64,000 bases of DNA. Origin: Sminthopsis crassicaudata (Eukaryota). The notes below the pieces were generated by a model that ran no database searches, had not been told where the DNA came from, and was given only the letters and a program-made list of their open reading frames with translations. The number at the start of each line of letters is the position of its first letter. The stretch's first letter is position 1. Shown piece after piece: positions 51,272 through 62,990 of this stretch. The stretch is from positions 299,965,146 through 300,029,145 of the forward strand of contig NC_133621.1 in assembly GCF_048593235.1 (NCBI RefSeq), read 5' to 3'. The translations under genes and the position numbers were made by a program.

Positions 51272-51441
51272 TTGAGAGCCCCCATCAGAGGGAACCCCTC
51301 ATATGAAAATCTCCCCGCTACAGGGAACCCCACACTATGGAGAGTCCCCCAACTACAGAGAGCCCCGCACCACAATGAACCCCATACTATGGGGGCCCCC
51401 ACACCACAGAGAATACCCCACTACAGGGAGCCCCCCCCATT
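51272..51441. repeat. Degenerate ~17-bp minisatellite (about 10 units, e.g. agggaaccccacactat)
   Basis: Periodic purine-run / C-run / cac-tac pattern. Confidence 0.7.
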
Positions 51442-52299
51442 AGGAGTTGGAGGCCATGATGCAGTCAGAGACTTCCTCTATTTTTGAACAGAGCCAATGG
51501 GCTCCAAGGGCCGTTGGAAGCCATTCTGCCCAAGCCCTCCCTGGGAGGCCCTGGGAAAGGATCGGCCTCTAGTGGCATGATAGGGTCCTTCTCCTCCCAC
51601 ATCGCTCCTTGGACAAACCCTGCTCGTTTTTCATCACAATCACTTCGGATTAGTTTCCTGATGGCGGGAGAGGGCTAACCTGCAGCCCTGGCCCAATTCT
51701 GCAGCGGGCAGCAGCGCACCGCCGGCTGCCCGGAAACCAACTTGTTCCGTCTGGGCTCAGGCAACATGGAAGCCTATCTTGTGATTCTCCTGCTATACAT
51801 TCATTCTACGGGCAGACCTACTTTGTGCTGACCCAGGCTAGCCCCTAGGAATACAGACATGCAAAACGAAGGTGTCCCTGCCTTGGGTCAACAAGCATGG
51901 GCTTCCCCTAGACTGACACTGACCAATCCTCCTGCCCTGGAGAGGGGGGGGGGCACAATCAGTGCAGGAAGGGAATCCTGGGCTGAGCTCCAAAGGCACC
52001 AGTGACACAAACGGGAGAACATCTGCAGTGTTCTGACAGGGCTGGTATACAGTAGGTGCATAATAAATGCCCATTCCCATGCCCCACTCCCCCACAATAC
52101 CAAGTACTACAACTGAATGACTACTGCTGGAATAGGGCACGGATTCACACTTGACCTCCCGCCTTTATGCACCTTCAAACCCTAGGCAACTAACACTGAG
52201 TAAGCACCTATTGTGTGCAGGACAAGGGGCTGAGCCACATCACTGCCTATTGGTGAGTCCTTTTAAATGGCCTATGAGGAGCCAGGCACCTTGGGTCCC

Positions 52300-53300
52300 C
52301 ACAACGGAAGACCACGGAGGATGAGGGACTTGCAGGTAGGGAGTGGCGCAGGATTTGAATTCAGTTCCTCTAATTCCTTCCCCCCCACCGCCCCCCCAGA
52401 TTGCGGATATAACACGTGCACCCACGGCGTTCTCGCCATGGAAGCGAAGGCAGGAGATGAGCGGCTCAGGTTGGGCCCTGACATACACCAGACTACTAAG
52501 CTCCCCAAGGCCGCAGGTCCACTCGGGGAGGAAAGTCGGAAAGCGCGGCGCTGTCGTGAAAGGCGGGCAGCGCGTGCCGTTACCTAAGCGGGGAGGTTCC
52601 CTGCCTCTAGCCACTCACGCCGGGGATCCCTCGGGTGTGTTGCGGGCCCAGCTCCGCACGACCCACCGAGCGTCCCCTTCTACACCCAGAAGGACGCCCT
52701 GGGGTCGAGGGATGGGGCCCCATAGCGGTGGGGCCGCCGGGACAGACGTCCATCGTGGCTCCGGCCTACTGTGCGTTCTTACGTTCCCAAGGCGACCGCA
52801 GTTGGCCCTTCATGGCCCCCGTAATGCGCCCGAGCACGCCGCTATCGGGAACCCCGCGTTTCCCCAAGGGAAGCCCATTTCTTCTTAGAGTGTGCGTACG
52901 TGCGCGCGCAAGCCCATCTTAGAACGCCGTGACGCCGTTACTATGGCGACCGCAGGGGCGCATCTTCCTTCAGGATTGACTATTGTTGGCATGAGGACGA
53001 GCCCAATGGGCGTAGGGGGCAGAGGGGAACAGATGACATTTTCCCGTTTCCTTCCTTATATTGGGGCGCTTATACTAGCTGACTCCGTGGTTTTATTGTC
53101 TTTTTAGGGGAATCCGATGCGGTTCGAGCGTATATGTGCTCTCTCCGACAAACTCTCACCTCCCGGTCGATCTGCCCTTCCCCCCCCGCTCCCAGAAAGT
53201 GGTAGAACCCGAGGAGGTGGCGCGCAAGCGCGGCCGGCGGGCCGTTGGGCTGCGGGATTTGGGGCCCTAAGGGCACTAGCAGAACACCACTGGTAAGTGA
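52300..53300. promoter_or_regulatory. Duplicated bidirectional CpG-island promoter, copy B, including CBY1 non-coding exon 1 (donor ctg|GTAAGT after 53292)
   Basis: Homologous to 37.5-38.5 kb (~80-85% by eye); near-canonical RFX X-box GTTACTATGGCGAC at 52937-52950; NRF1-like TGCGCGCGCA near 52901. Confidence 0.8.
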
Positions 53301-55590
53301 GTCTTCCTAACTCGGCCCTCCCCTTATGGGGTTTCTCTACAGACAGTCCAGGCCTGGCACACACCGTAGGCGCCTAATCTGTGCATGGGGAATGATGGGT
53401 GCGCTTGTTTATATGTGTCTCCTGGCCCCCTGAGGACTAAATACACAGCAGGTGCTTAGTATGTGCCTCTGGGGGGTTGGGGTTACATGTACCAGTCTGG
53501 GGAAGTGTCTTCTCAGTAGAATGTAAGCTCCCTGTGGGCAAGGTCTCCTCTTGTCAGCGCTCCGCCCCCGTCAGGCACACTGCAGGCACCTAATACTTGC
53601 ACCCGGACTCCCGAGTGTACACGGTGCTCCCTCAGCAGTCAGTTCTGTAAGAGCAGGATTGTTCTGGGCTGGCACCCCCAGCACCTCCACCCACAAGGGC
53701 TTGGTATTTGCATTTTAAATGACTGCTGGCTGGTACCTATGAAGTGGGTAGAGCGGAGGTTCCAGAGTTGGTGGACCTGAGTTCAAATTCAGCCTCCAAC
53801 ACTTCCTAGCGGTGCAACGCTGGACAGGCCACTTTCTCCGCCTCAGTTTCCTCATCTGTAACATGGGAATAGCGTCACCTGCCTCCCGGAGTTGTGGGGT
53901 ATACGGTGAGGCAGGGATTGTAAAGCACTTCGCTCAGGGCTTGGCCTGTGTATGCGCCTGTGCTGTCTCCCCTCCACAGGAGGGTGCTTCTAGAAGGCGC
54001 CTGGGTGGGTGGTGGGGCCGGGTTTTAGGAGCACCGGAAGCGCTTGCTGAATACCTGCTTTAGCCCGGGGCTGCTGGGTAACAAAGAGCCTCCAGGGGAG
54101 GGGGGGCTCTCCCTCTCTTCATCCCGGCCTTCCTTGGGGTTGGGAGCACAGGCTTCTGGCCCTGGAAGCCACTCCAGAGAGCATAAGATTGGCTTAGGGT
54201 CACCCAGGCGGAGCGGAGAGCAAGCCCTGGGATTGGATTCCCCCTTAGCCCCTTACTAGCTGGCGGGCCCTGGGAAAGTCACGTAGCCTCAGGTGGCTCC
54301 TCCCTAACTCGTCCCTCGGGCCTAAAGCTGGGGGGACCTGATGCCACGTCCAGGATTTCCACGACTCACCCGCCTCCTTCAAGGAGCGCCCCTCCATCCC
54401 CTTTTTGTCCCTGCGCGGCCAGCACAGGCCCTCCCTGCGTGGGGTAGGCCTGGGAGGAATGGTCCTGGAGGCGGACCAGTAACACACAACAAAGCGCGGT
54501 CCCTGACGGCGCAGGCCCCATAGTGGCCCTTGGTGTTTTGGGCCCCATAGCCACAGCCCGGTGGTGCATGAGGTCAGTCTCGTCAGGGGCAGTTCTGGAT
54601 CCCCCCCACGCCTCCCGGACTTCGAGGAGCGTTTCTCAGCATTATTGGCAGCTTGGTGCACAATTAGAATTTAGGGTTAAGTGGGTCCAGGCAGAGTTGG
54701 GAAGGAATTCCTTCCTCGTGTCCATTTCTACTTAAATGTCCTGGCGGCATTCTGCCAGAAGAGAGTCGTTATTAGTAGCACAATTAAAACGGAGGGAATG
54801 GACAAAGCAGGGCGGGAAGGGACTTGGGCAGCAAGCTCTGCTTCCCAGCCGAGGCATGTGGGAGGGCAGACTCGGGGGCTGCTGAATGTGGGGGGAATTT
54901 CCCATCCTGGGCATGTCAAGCCCAGCGGCTCACCAGCTGTAAAGCAAGGCAACCTTTCGGGGCTTCAGTTTCCTCGTCTGTGAAATGGACTGCCTTCTGA
55001 CGTTCAGTCCTTCTGGTCTTTGCACTGGCCTTGGCTGCCTCAGGTAGGAACACTTAGATGGCAGCGTGGACAAAATACCAGCTCTGGAGTCAGGAGGACC
55101 TGAATTCACATCTGGCTTCAGACACGTAACACTCACTAGACAAGTCATTTAACCCCAATTCCCTTGCAAAAGAAAAAGAATGAAAAAAGATGAAAGCCTT
55201 TTAAGTACAGGCAAGTGAGAGGCTTAAGTCCGTTCTTCTTCTCAGTGCCCATTCCTGCATTATTTGCAAACATGACTCAGAAAGTGCAGTGATGCGCTAA
55301 ACTGTTCCTCCCCAGGTTGGCGCACCTTTCCTGAGCGCCTTGCTGTTGGGGGATAGAGGTCATTATTGAGGGAAGACCATTTAGCCTTGTGTCTTTTGTA
55401 GGCCAGGACAGAGCTTCACTGAGAGGAAAAAGCATCTCAGGATGAGAGAAGCGGCAGCCAGGGAATTCTGGGCCATGTGTCCTTGTGACCCCTCCCCCAT
55501 GACAGAAGCCACCCGTCGTCATCCCCTAACTTCTCACTGTTTTTTCTCTGCTCTAGGAGGAGGTGGAGCTTTACTGGGAGCCTCTCAGAG

Positions 55591-58500
55591 ATGCCTCTTT
55601 TCGGGAATAAGTTCAGTCCCAAGAAGACGCCCCCTCGGAAGTCAGCCTCTCTCTCCAATCTGCATTCTGTAAGTGAGCCCTTGCTCGGGTAGAAGGAGTG
55701 ACTCTAAAGTCATAGGGCAGAAAGATCTTCCAGGCGGGTCCAGGAGAGCTTAGGAAGCCGCCGCCTCATAAGGAGACCCTTGTGCAGAGGCCTTTTTTGA
55801 GGGGCACTAACTTTAGAACCTATTTGTCATATTTTAAAAGTAAGGGAAAAAAAAACAACAGTATCCTTCCCTGCTTTATCACTGAACTCTGTTCCCCAGA
55901 CTTGGGACTAAATGGCTATGACAGTTTCAAAAAATCCAACTCACTTTAGGGGATAGAAGCAAGATTTGTCACGATGGCAGATCTCCCGAACAGCATATTC
56001 CAGGACCAGGATGTGTTGGGAGCAGTTCCTGGAGCCCACTCCCAACCCCCATGGGGGATAACATGCATTTGCTTGTCAGTCTCACTGCAGGGATAGAGAC
56101 AGGAGCCTGGGACTTCATTGGTGGAGGAGGTGCCAGCAGCATGCTCTGGGCAGCCTGTGGTCTCGGTTACTTCCGGTATGGAGAGGTTATGTAAACTGCC
56201 CAGCTTACTGAGCCCAGAACTTGACCAGGTTTTGCTGGCTTTGAGGCTGGTTTCCCATGCACCACTACACAGCCTATGAAAAAAAAAATCAGTCACAGAA
56301 TTATAATCCTGCTTGGTAGAAACGCTACCAATAATCCTTGATGTACTTTTGATCCCTTAATAGTCGATGAAAAAGGAGGTTGTATTTTTTAAATTAATTT
56401 TTTCAAAAAAAAAAAAAAAAAAAAGCCCTTGTCACAAATTCACAAACGACATGGTCAAGCTAAGCCAGTTCTTGCACGGGCAGGAGCATAGGGGGTCTGT
56501 CCCTGCTAGGTCAGGACCTGGGCAGTGGATTTCTTCCTGCTTACTCCATTCCTCAGTTTTCAGGTCTGAAATCAGTTCTCACCCATTGAGTTTGGAGAAG
56601 AAAAAGACCAGAATGAGGAGGAAGTGCTCTAAGGACAAAGGTCTTGTCAGCCAGTGAAGGGTGGGAAACAGAGCAGAGATTTGCCCCCAAGTTACACTTA
56701 TCAGTGGTAGGGCTGGTGACTCCAGACCTCCAGATACAGAATCGAGTGTCCCATGACCCTCTTCAGCCAACGTCTAACTGCCTTCAGGACAACACAAGGC
56801 AACTACAAATTAACTTGATTAGTTCATTTTAGTACATCTTTAGAGAGAAGTACAATATCATCTCAATCTCATGGACAGAAACAACTACACCCAGAGAAGG
56901 AACACTGGGAAGTGAATGTAAATTGTTAGCACTACTGTCTGTCTACCCAGGTTACTTATACCTTTGGAAGCTAATAATTAACGTGCAACAAGAAAATGGT
57001 ATTTACACACATATATTGTATCTAGGTTATATTGTAACACATGTAAAATGTATGGGATTGCCTGTCATCTAGGGGAGGGAGTAAAGGGAGGGAGGGGATA
57101 ATTTGGAAAAATAATACAAGGGATAATGTTATAAAAAAATTACTCATGCATATATACTGTCAAAATAATTTTTATAATTATAAAATTAAAAAAAAATTAT
57201 AGGATCTCATCTTTGGCAGGGACCTCTGAAGTAAACAGCCCAACCTCTTCTCAAACTGGAATCTCTCTACAATATTGCCTGGAAATATCCATCAGGGCCA
57301 CAGGAGAGCAAGAGACGGCTATGGTGCCATAGCGTGAAGAGTAAAACGCCAGGCCTGGGGTCAGGAGAAGCCAAGTTCAAATCCGGCCTAGCTGTGGGAT
57401 TCTAGTCAGATCCCCAAAGCTCTCTCTCTCATAGTTACTTCATCCCTAGAATAGGGATAATAATAGCCCCTATTTCTCAGGATTATTGTGAGGATTTTAG
57501 ACTATGGTAAAGCTTCAGCCACAGAAAGCTTAACTCTTAACTCATTGCTCTCCAAGGCCACCCATTCTCTTTTTCCAGAACCTGTTCTCCAGAACCTACC
57601 CCACAGTTTCCATTCCTTGTTTATGCTTAGACTATCAGTGCAGTCCCTCTTCTGCGTGGTTAAGGGAGCTGGTGTGCCTTCTCAGGCCTGGAGGCCCTCC
57701 TCCTTCACCTGATCCTGTTAGATCCTGCTTCTCAGGCTCCTCTCTGTCCCAGTCATCTGAGATTCAGTTTAGTATCTTCATCCTCAGAGTGTACCCACAC
57801 ACCCACTGGGGTCCCCAGGGCTGGAGCAGAAGAGGACTCTTGGAATGGACACCATGTATTCCATTTCTGTCTCACAAAGTCCCCCAGCCCATCACCACTC
57901 CCTGAAGTGGGCTGAGGGCATCGCAGAAATGATCTTGGAGGAAAGAGAGGACTGAGCTCAGAAGGGAAGTGGGCGAGAACCTTGGTGATGTCTCTGCCCT
58001 GAATGCTCCAGGCATCTGTTCTCAAGGAGCGCGTGCTGGGATGGAGGAAAGCAGCACTACCCAGAATGAACGTAAAAGGAATAAAGGGGGTCCCTGGGTA
58101 TGGTTTTAAGAAAACTTGCCCAAGGGCAGGATGGGAACATCATCATGATCTGATGACTCCAGGCTGGGTGAAACAGGATAGCCCGGGAAAGGAGGGCTGA
58201 GGGGGACTGTAGGAGCCTGGTAGGCCACAGGTGGATTAGAGGTCCTGGGGGCAGCTGCTCAGAAGGCTTCCCATTGTCCGAAGCCTCAGACTGTGCTCCA
58301 AGAAAGGCAGAGCAACTTGTACAAGAGCCCTTCAGGCCAGTTCCAAGGGTCTTGTGATAGAGAGAGCCATCTGCATCCAGCAAGAGGATTATGGGAACTG
58401 AGTGTGGATCACAATATTGCATTTTCCCTCTTTCTGTCGTTTGCATTTTGTTTTCTTTGTCATTGTTTTCCTTTTGGATCTGATTTTTCCTGGGCAGCAA

Positions 58501-60649
58501 GAGAATTGTAGAAATCTATGTAAAAGAATTGCACACATTTAACGTAATGGACTACTTGCTGTTAGAGGAGGGAATATGGGGGCAAGGTAGGGGAAAAAAT
58601 TTAAGCACAAGGTTTTGTAAGGGTGAAGGATGAAAATTATACATGTATATATTTTGAAAATAAAAAGCTTTCATTTAAAAAAAAAAAAAAAGACATGGAA
58701 GAGCCCGAAAACATTTCAGATGAAATTTCAACCTTAAGCAAAACTAATCTGGATTAAGACCATAGAGAGCGGTTGGTGCTTTTAAAAAAGGCCTTTTTTC
58801 GCCTAAGTAGCCATTTCCCTGTAGGTTTCATTTTGCCTTCCAGTTCAGCAGTGTATTTGGAACAGGATTCAATTTGCAGGATTTCGGTTTCCCCGAGAAA
58901 CATATTGTAGCAGTGACCACTGTTTACAGTTCTATATTTGGGATCTCTCTGATGCCAGTTTCTGACAGTGTGGCCAGATTTCAGTTTAAAAAACCATGTG
59001 ATGTGCCAGAGCCTGTAGTTCCAAAGACCCCAAGAACGACCGCTGCCCTCAGAGAGCCGTTCTGCTGGCAAATCGCCACACAGCAGGATTTACAAAACCA
59101 ACTCAGGAGCAGAGCATTGATGAGTCAGTGGGGCAGGAAGGAAGCCAGGGCATGGAGGCCGGGTGGGAGTAAGGGGAATAGTAGGCAAGCTGCCTGCCCC
59201 AACCCTTTAATAAGCAAAGCAAGACTCCCAGGAAGGAAAGTATTTATCCATCAGAAAGAGTTGTTACTTTGTGACTCTGGGGATGAAGGAGTACGCTTCA
59301 GTATCCTGCCCTGAGAATGGGGGCCACGGTTCTGGGTCTGCTCACGGCTCCATATTGTGAGGATAAAACAGGACTTGGCTCTGCAGAGACAGTGCCAGTC
59401 CCAGATCGCAGGGTCAGGTGGCCATCCAGAGGCAGAGCCTCCTCCCATCTGTGGGGCACTTCACTGGATCCTCAGAAAAGCTCTCAGGCAGGGAGAGACC
59501 ATCAGCCCCATTTTTCAGTGAGGAAACTGAGGCCAGCCTCACAAAGTACTGAACTGCAGAGCCCGGACTCGCCCTTCAAGACCATTCTGCCATGTCTGCA
59601 AGGCCTCCTGCCCTGCCATGGCAGGGTCTTTAGCAAACCCTCATGAGGAGCCAGGCCTCGGGCTCAGAGCTGAGCCGGCCTCTGGTCTGTTTGTTGCCCA
59701 CAGTTGGACAGATCCACTCGGGAGGTCGAGCTGGGACTGGACTATGGAGCGCCAACCTTGAACCTGGCTGGGCAGAGCCTCAAGTTTGAGAATGGCCAAT
59801 GGATAGCAGGTGAGAAGCCTGGGCTGCCCCCTGGGGTCCCTGCATGGGGAGAGGGGCTCTCATGGATCCTGCTCCTCTTTTCCCAGAGTCAGGTGCCTGT
59901 GGAGGCGTGGATCGCAGGGAGGCGCAGCGACTGCGCAAGAGGAACAAGCAGCTGGAAGAGGAGAACAATCTCCTGCGAGTCAAAGTGGAGATCCTGCTGG
60001 ACATGGTGAGGGGCTGGGCCAGGGAAATCTTACTGGTTATGGTGAGGGGCTAGGTCCAGGACATCCTGCTGGACATGGTGAGGGGCTGGGCCTGGGAAAT
60101 CATACTGGTTATGGTGAGGGGCTAGGTCCAGGACATCCTGCTGGACATGGTGAGGGGCTTTTTGCTGGAGTCAAGACACTCAGAGTAGGGGTTGCCTTGG
60201 AGGAGACAGACCTGGCCCCTGCCATCTGTGGGTGTGCCATCTGGGCCCTGTACCCTGAAAGGTACCCTGTACCTGTCCATTGGCCCCACCAGAATCTCCC
60301 CCACCTAATCATTGTTTCTTTGTGGAGCAGCCCCTTCCATGTTGCCCACATCAGGTTTTGTTCCTGACATATGGGCCTCAAAAGCTTACAGATCTCCCCA
60401 AGGGGCGGCTGCATCTTCAGGCTGAACAAGATAATTCCCCATCGGGAGCCCTTGGCTTGTGGAGCCCGAGAGGAGGGGCTCCTTCTGATGTCTTCACCTG
60501 CCTCCAGATGGGAGGGCCAGCTGTGCTGAGGGCCCTCGGCCTCACGGTGTGTCCCACATTCCTTCCAGCTCGCTGAGACCACAGCCGAGTCCCATCTCAT
60601 GGAGAAGGAGCTGGATGAACTGAAGAGCATTAGCCAGAGGAGGAAGTGA
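55591..60649 (+). CDS. CBY1: Chibby homolog 1, copy B; exons 55591-55668, 59704-59809, 59887-60005, 60569-60649; intact 127 aa
   Basis: MPLFGNKFSPKKTPPRKSASLSNLHS/LDRSTREV.../...GGVDRRE...ILLDM/LAETTAESHLMEKELDELKSISQRRK*; canonical splice sites; branch point CCCTAAC before exon 1. Confidence 0.96.
56868..57195 (+). mobile_element. 5'-truncated L1 3' end inserted only in CBY1-B intron
   Basis: Marsupial L1 3'UTR (G-rich ggggagggagtaaagggagggagggg, A tail); flanks are contiguous in copy A (catcaaattataggatctc, ~41815). Confidence 0.75.
58331..58692 (+). mobile_element. Truncated L1 3' end with poly(A), only in CBY1-B
   Basis: L1 3'UTR with AATAAA and A tail; degenerate duplicated ...aagagccc on both sides. 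Confidence 0.7.
59991..60159 (+). repeat. 36-bp tandem repeat (4.7 units, 72-bp higher-order dimer) spanning the CBY1-B exon-3 donor
   Basis: Five atgGTGAGGggct donors, after 60005, 60041, 60077, 60113 and 60149. Confidence 0.95.
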
Positions 60650-61067
60650 TGTCAGAGGCGCCAAGCCCTGGGGGTCAGTACCAAGGGGTCAGGGAAGAGG
60701 GAGGGCTGGCCTTGGTGGAGGTACTGATGGAGCACATGTGACCCATGCACACACAGCATGCAGGACTGTCTGGGGCCGGGCCTCCGGGCAGAAGAGGAAG
60801 AGGCGCTCATTCTAGAGCTTGGAAATCTTGGTATGATGTGGCCGCCAGAGCAGCTCCATCCAAGACATGTGCTTCATTCAGATGGATCATCAGCTTGCTC
60901 CTACTTGGCCCCAGCCACAACAAGCTCTGGGGTGGCCTGAAGTCCAGCTTTGATCCTCAGCCTGGTTTGTCCCTCTCCTAAATTAGTAGCTCGGTGGCTT
61001 CATTGGCTCATCCTTTTTTCCTGCTCCCATGGGAGTGCAGGGGTTCTAGTTTTTACTATTAGTTTTT

Positions 61068-61073
61068 ATTAAA
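61068..61073 (+). terminator. Candidate polyadenylation signal (ATTAAA) of CBY1 copy B
   Basis: ATTAAA about 420 nt after the stop, followed by GT-rich sequence. Confidence 0.45.
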
Positions 61074-61855
61074 AGTGAAATCAGTTCTGTGGCTCAGGTA
61101 ATTCTGCCTCCGGTGAACAAGGGGGAGACTGGCCATCTGTGGCGCTTTGAAGGCAGCTCTTGACCCAGAGCTTTAATGGTTCAGAGGAAGAGGAAAGCCA
61201 TGCAGTGGGTGCTCACAGGTGGTTTTGATAAGGTCAGGGTATGACAGGTTCCTCTTAGGGTCCACCATGGGGGGAAGGGCTGGGATACAATAGAAGGATG
61301 TGCCTTGCAGATTTTGAAGCACAACATAAAGGCTCCATGCCTTCAATCCAGCGAGGCCTTCAAGCTTCCCTCTCTGGCCAGGACCCCGCGTGGGAGCTGA
61401 GCCAAGAGTGCCCAGTGACCTCCAGTGCTCTGCCAGGCTTCTACTTCCTACACAGCAGCCTTAGGGGATGGAAGTGGGGACCCTCAGGTGAGCCTTAGGG
61501 CCAAATCACCGTGCTGGGAGGTGATGACACCAGAAGTGGAAGGTGGGCCATGGTGATCCTGACAAAGGGTACAAAGGACCAGAGGATCCAAGGATGCCCC
61601 AATTACTCTCTTCTGGAGTGGATACATCATCCACTCTCCAAGGCCCAGCTTGTGGGCTAGCGGGCCAATGTCTTATGGGGAGTCCATGGCCAAAATGAAA
61701 TAGTCCCTTCCTTCGAGTTTATAGGATATAGGGGCAAAAAGCCCGTCTACCACTAAGTCAAATAAAATACATCATAAGTAAACACACATGATAATCATTG
61801 ATAGCTTTGGATTTGTAGCTCATTTTTCATTTGGGGGAAAGAATAGCAGGCTTCA

Positions 61856-61975
61856 GGGCAGCTAGGTCGCACAGTATATAGAGCACCAACCCTGAAGTCA
61901 GGAGGACCTGAGTTCAAATTTGACCTCGACATCTGTGTGACCCTAGGCAAGTCACTTAACCCTCAGCAAAAAAAC
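61856..61975 (+). mobile_element. Marsupial CORE-SINE, internally deleted
   Basis: gggcagctaggtcgcacagtatatagagcacc...ggacctgagttcaaat. Confidence 0.8.
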
Positions 61976-62089
61976 AAATTACCAGGCTTCCCGGGGACAA
62001 TTTTAACATCACTTTAATATATATCCAAGCTATTTCTAGCTTAGAAAGATGTCCAAATGGCACCACTGATTCCACTTTGCCTCAAGATG

Positions 62090-62990
62090 ATTCATTTTGA
62101 CAAACCAGCAATACTGCTTCTGGGTCTTATGTCCCACAAAGATCACAAAAAAGGGAAAAGGACGTACATGGACAAAAATATTCATGGCAGCTCTTTTTGG
62201 TGGCAAAGATTTGAAAACTGAGGGAATGCCCATCAATTGGGGAATGGCTGAACAATTTACCTGGAAAAGCCTGGAAAGACTTGCATGAACTGATGCTGAG
62301 TGAAGTGAGCAGAACCAGGAGAACATTCTACATGGCAACAATAAGATTATGTGATGATCCACTGCTAAATTTAATTCTTCTCAGCAATACAATGATCTAA
62401 AACAGTTCCAAAAGACTCCTAATGGAAAATGCTATCCATATCCAGAGAAAGAACTATCATGTCTGAATGCAGATCAAAATACACTATTTTCACTTTTTTT
62501 GGTTGTTTCTTTTGTTCTGATTATCTTTTCATAACATGACTAATGTGGAAATATCTTTAATGTGATTGTACATATATCAGATTGCCGTCTTGGGGAGAGG
62601 GAGGGAAAGGGAAAACATGGAAATCAAAATCTTATAAAAGTAAACATTCATTCCCTTAGCCTTATGATTGGAAAGTGCCATCTGAATCCAGAGAACTATG
62701 GAGATCAAAGCATTGTATTTTCACCTTTTGTTGTTTTTTTCCCTCTTAGATTTTTTTCCCCCCTTTTGACTTGATTTTCTTGTGCAAACATGACAAATAT
62801 GGATATATGTTTAGAAGAAATTACACGTTTAACCTATATCAGAATGTTGCTGTCTTAGGGGAGAGGGAGAAATATTTGGAACACAAGGTTCCTTTTGTAA
62901 AGATGAATGTTGAAAACTTATCTTTGCATGTATTTGGAAAAATAAGACACTATTAAAAGTTTTTTAAAAGTAAATATTGAAAAGTTAAAA
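62090..62990 (+). mobile_element. LINE-1 3' fragments (ORF2 end and 3'UTR)
   Basis: TKIFMAALFGGKDLKTEGMPINWGMAEQ, typical of the L1 ORF2 C-terminus; A-rich tail. Confidence 0.8.

Larger units (their letters stand above)
49436..60842 (+). repeat. Tandem segmental duplication unit B
   Basis: Starts directly after the CBY1-A 3'UTR with a diverged copy of 36322-36780; resumes at ~51690 (=36855); ends at gatgtggc 60842. Confidence 0.9.

Noticed and set aside
59991-60159. CRISPR-like 36-bp periodicity
   Set aside because: Contiguous tandem units with no unique spacers, in a mammalian intron.
60109-60630. 173-aa minus-strand ORF (and 49076-49261)
   Set aside because: Antisense shadow of CBY1 exon 4, intron and the 36-bp repeat.
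49436-60842. Second CBY1 copy as an uncollapsed allelic haplotig
   Set aside because: Divergence up to ~25-30%, copy-specific old ERV/L1 insertions and a junction in ungapped sequence argue for true paralogy; long reads are still needed to confirm.
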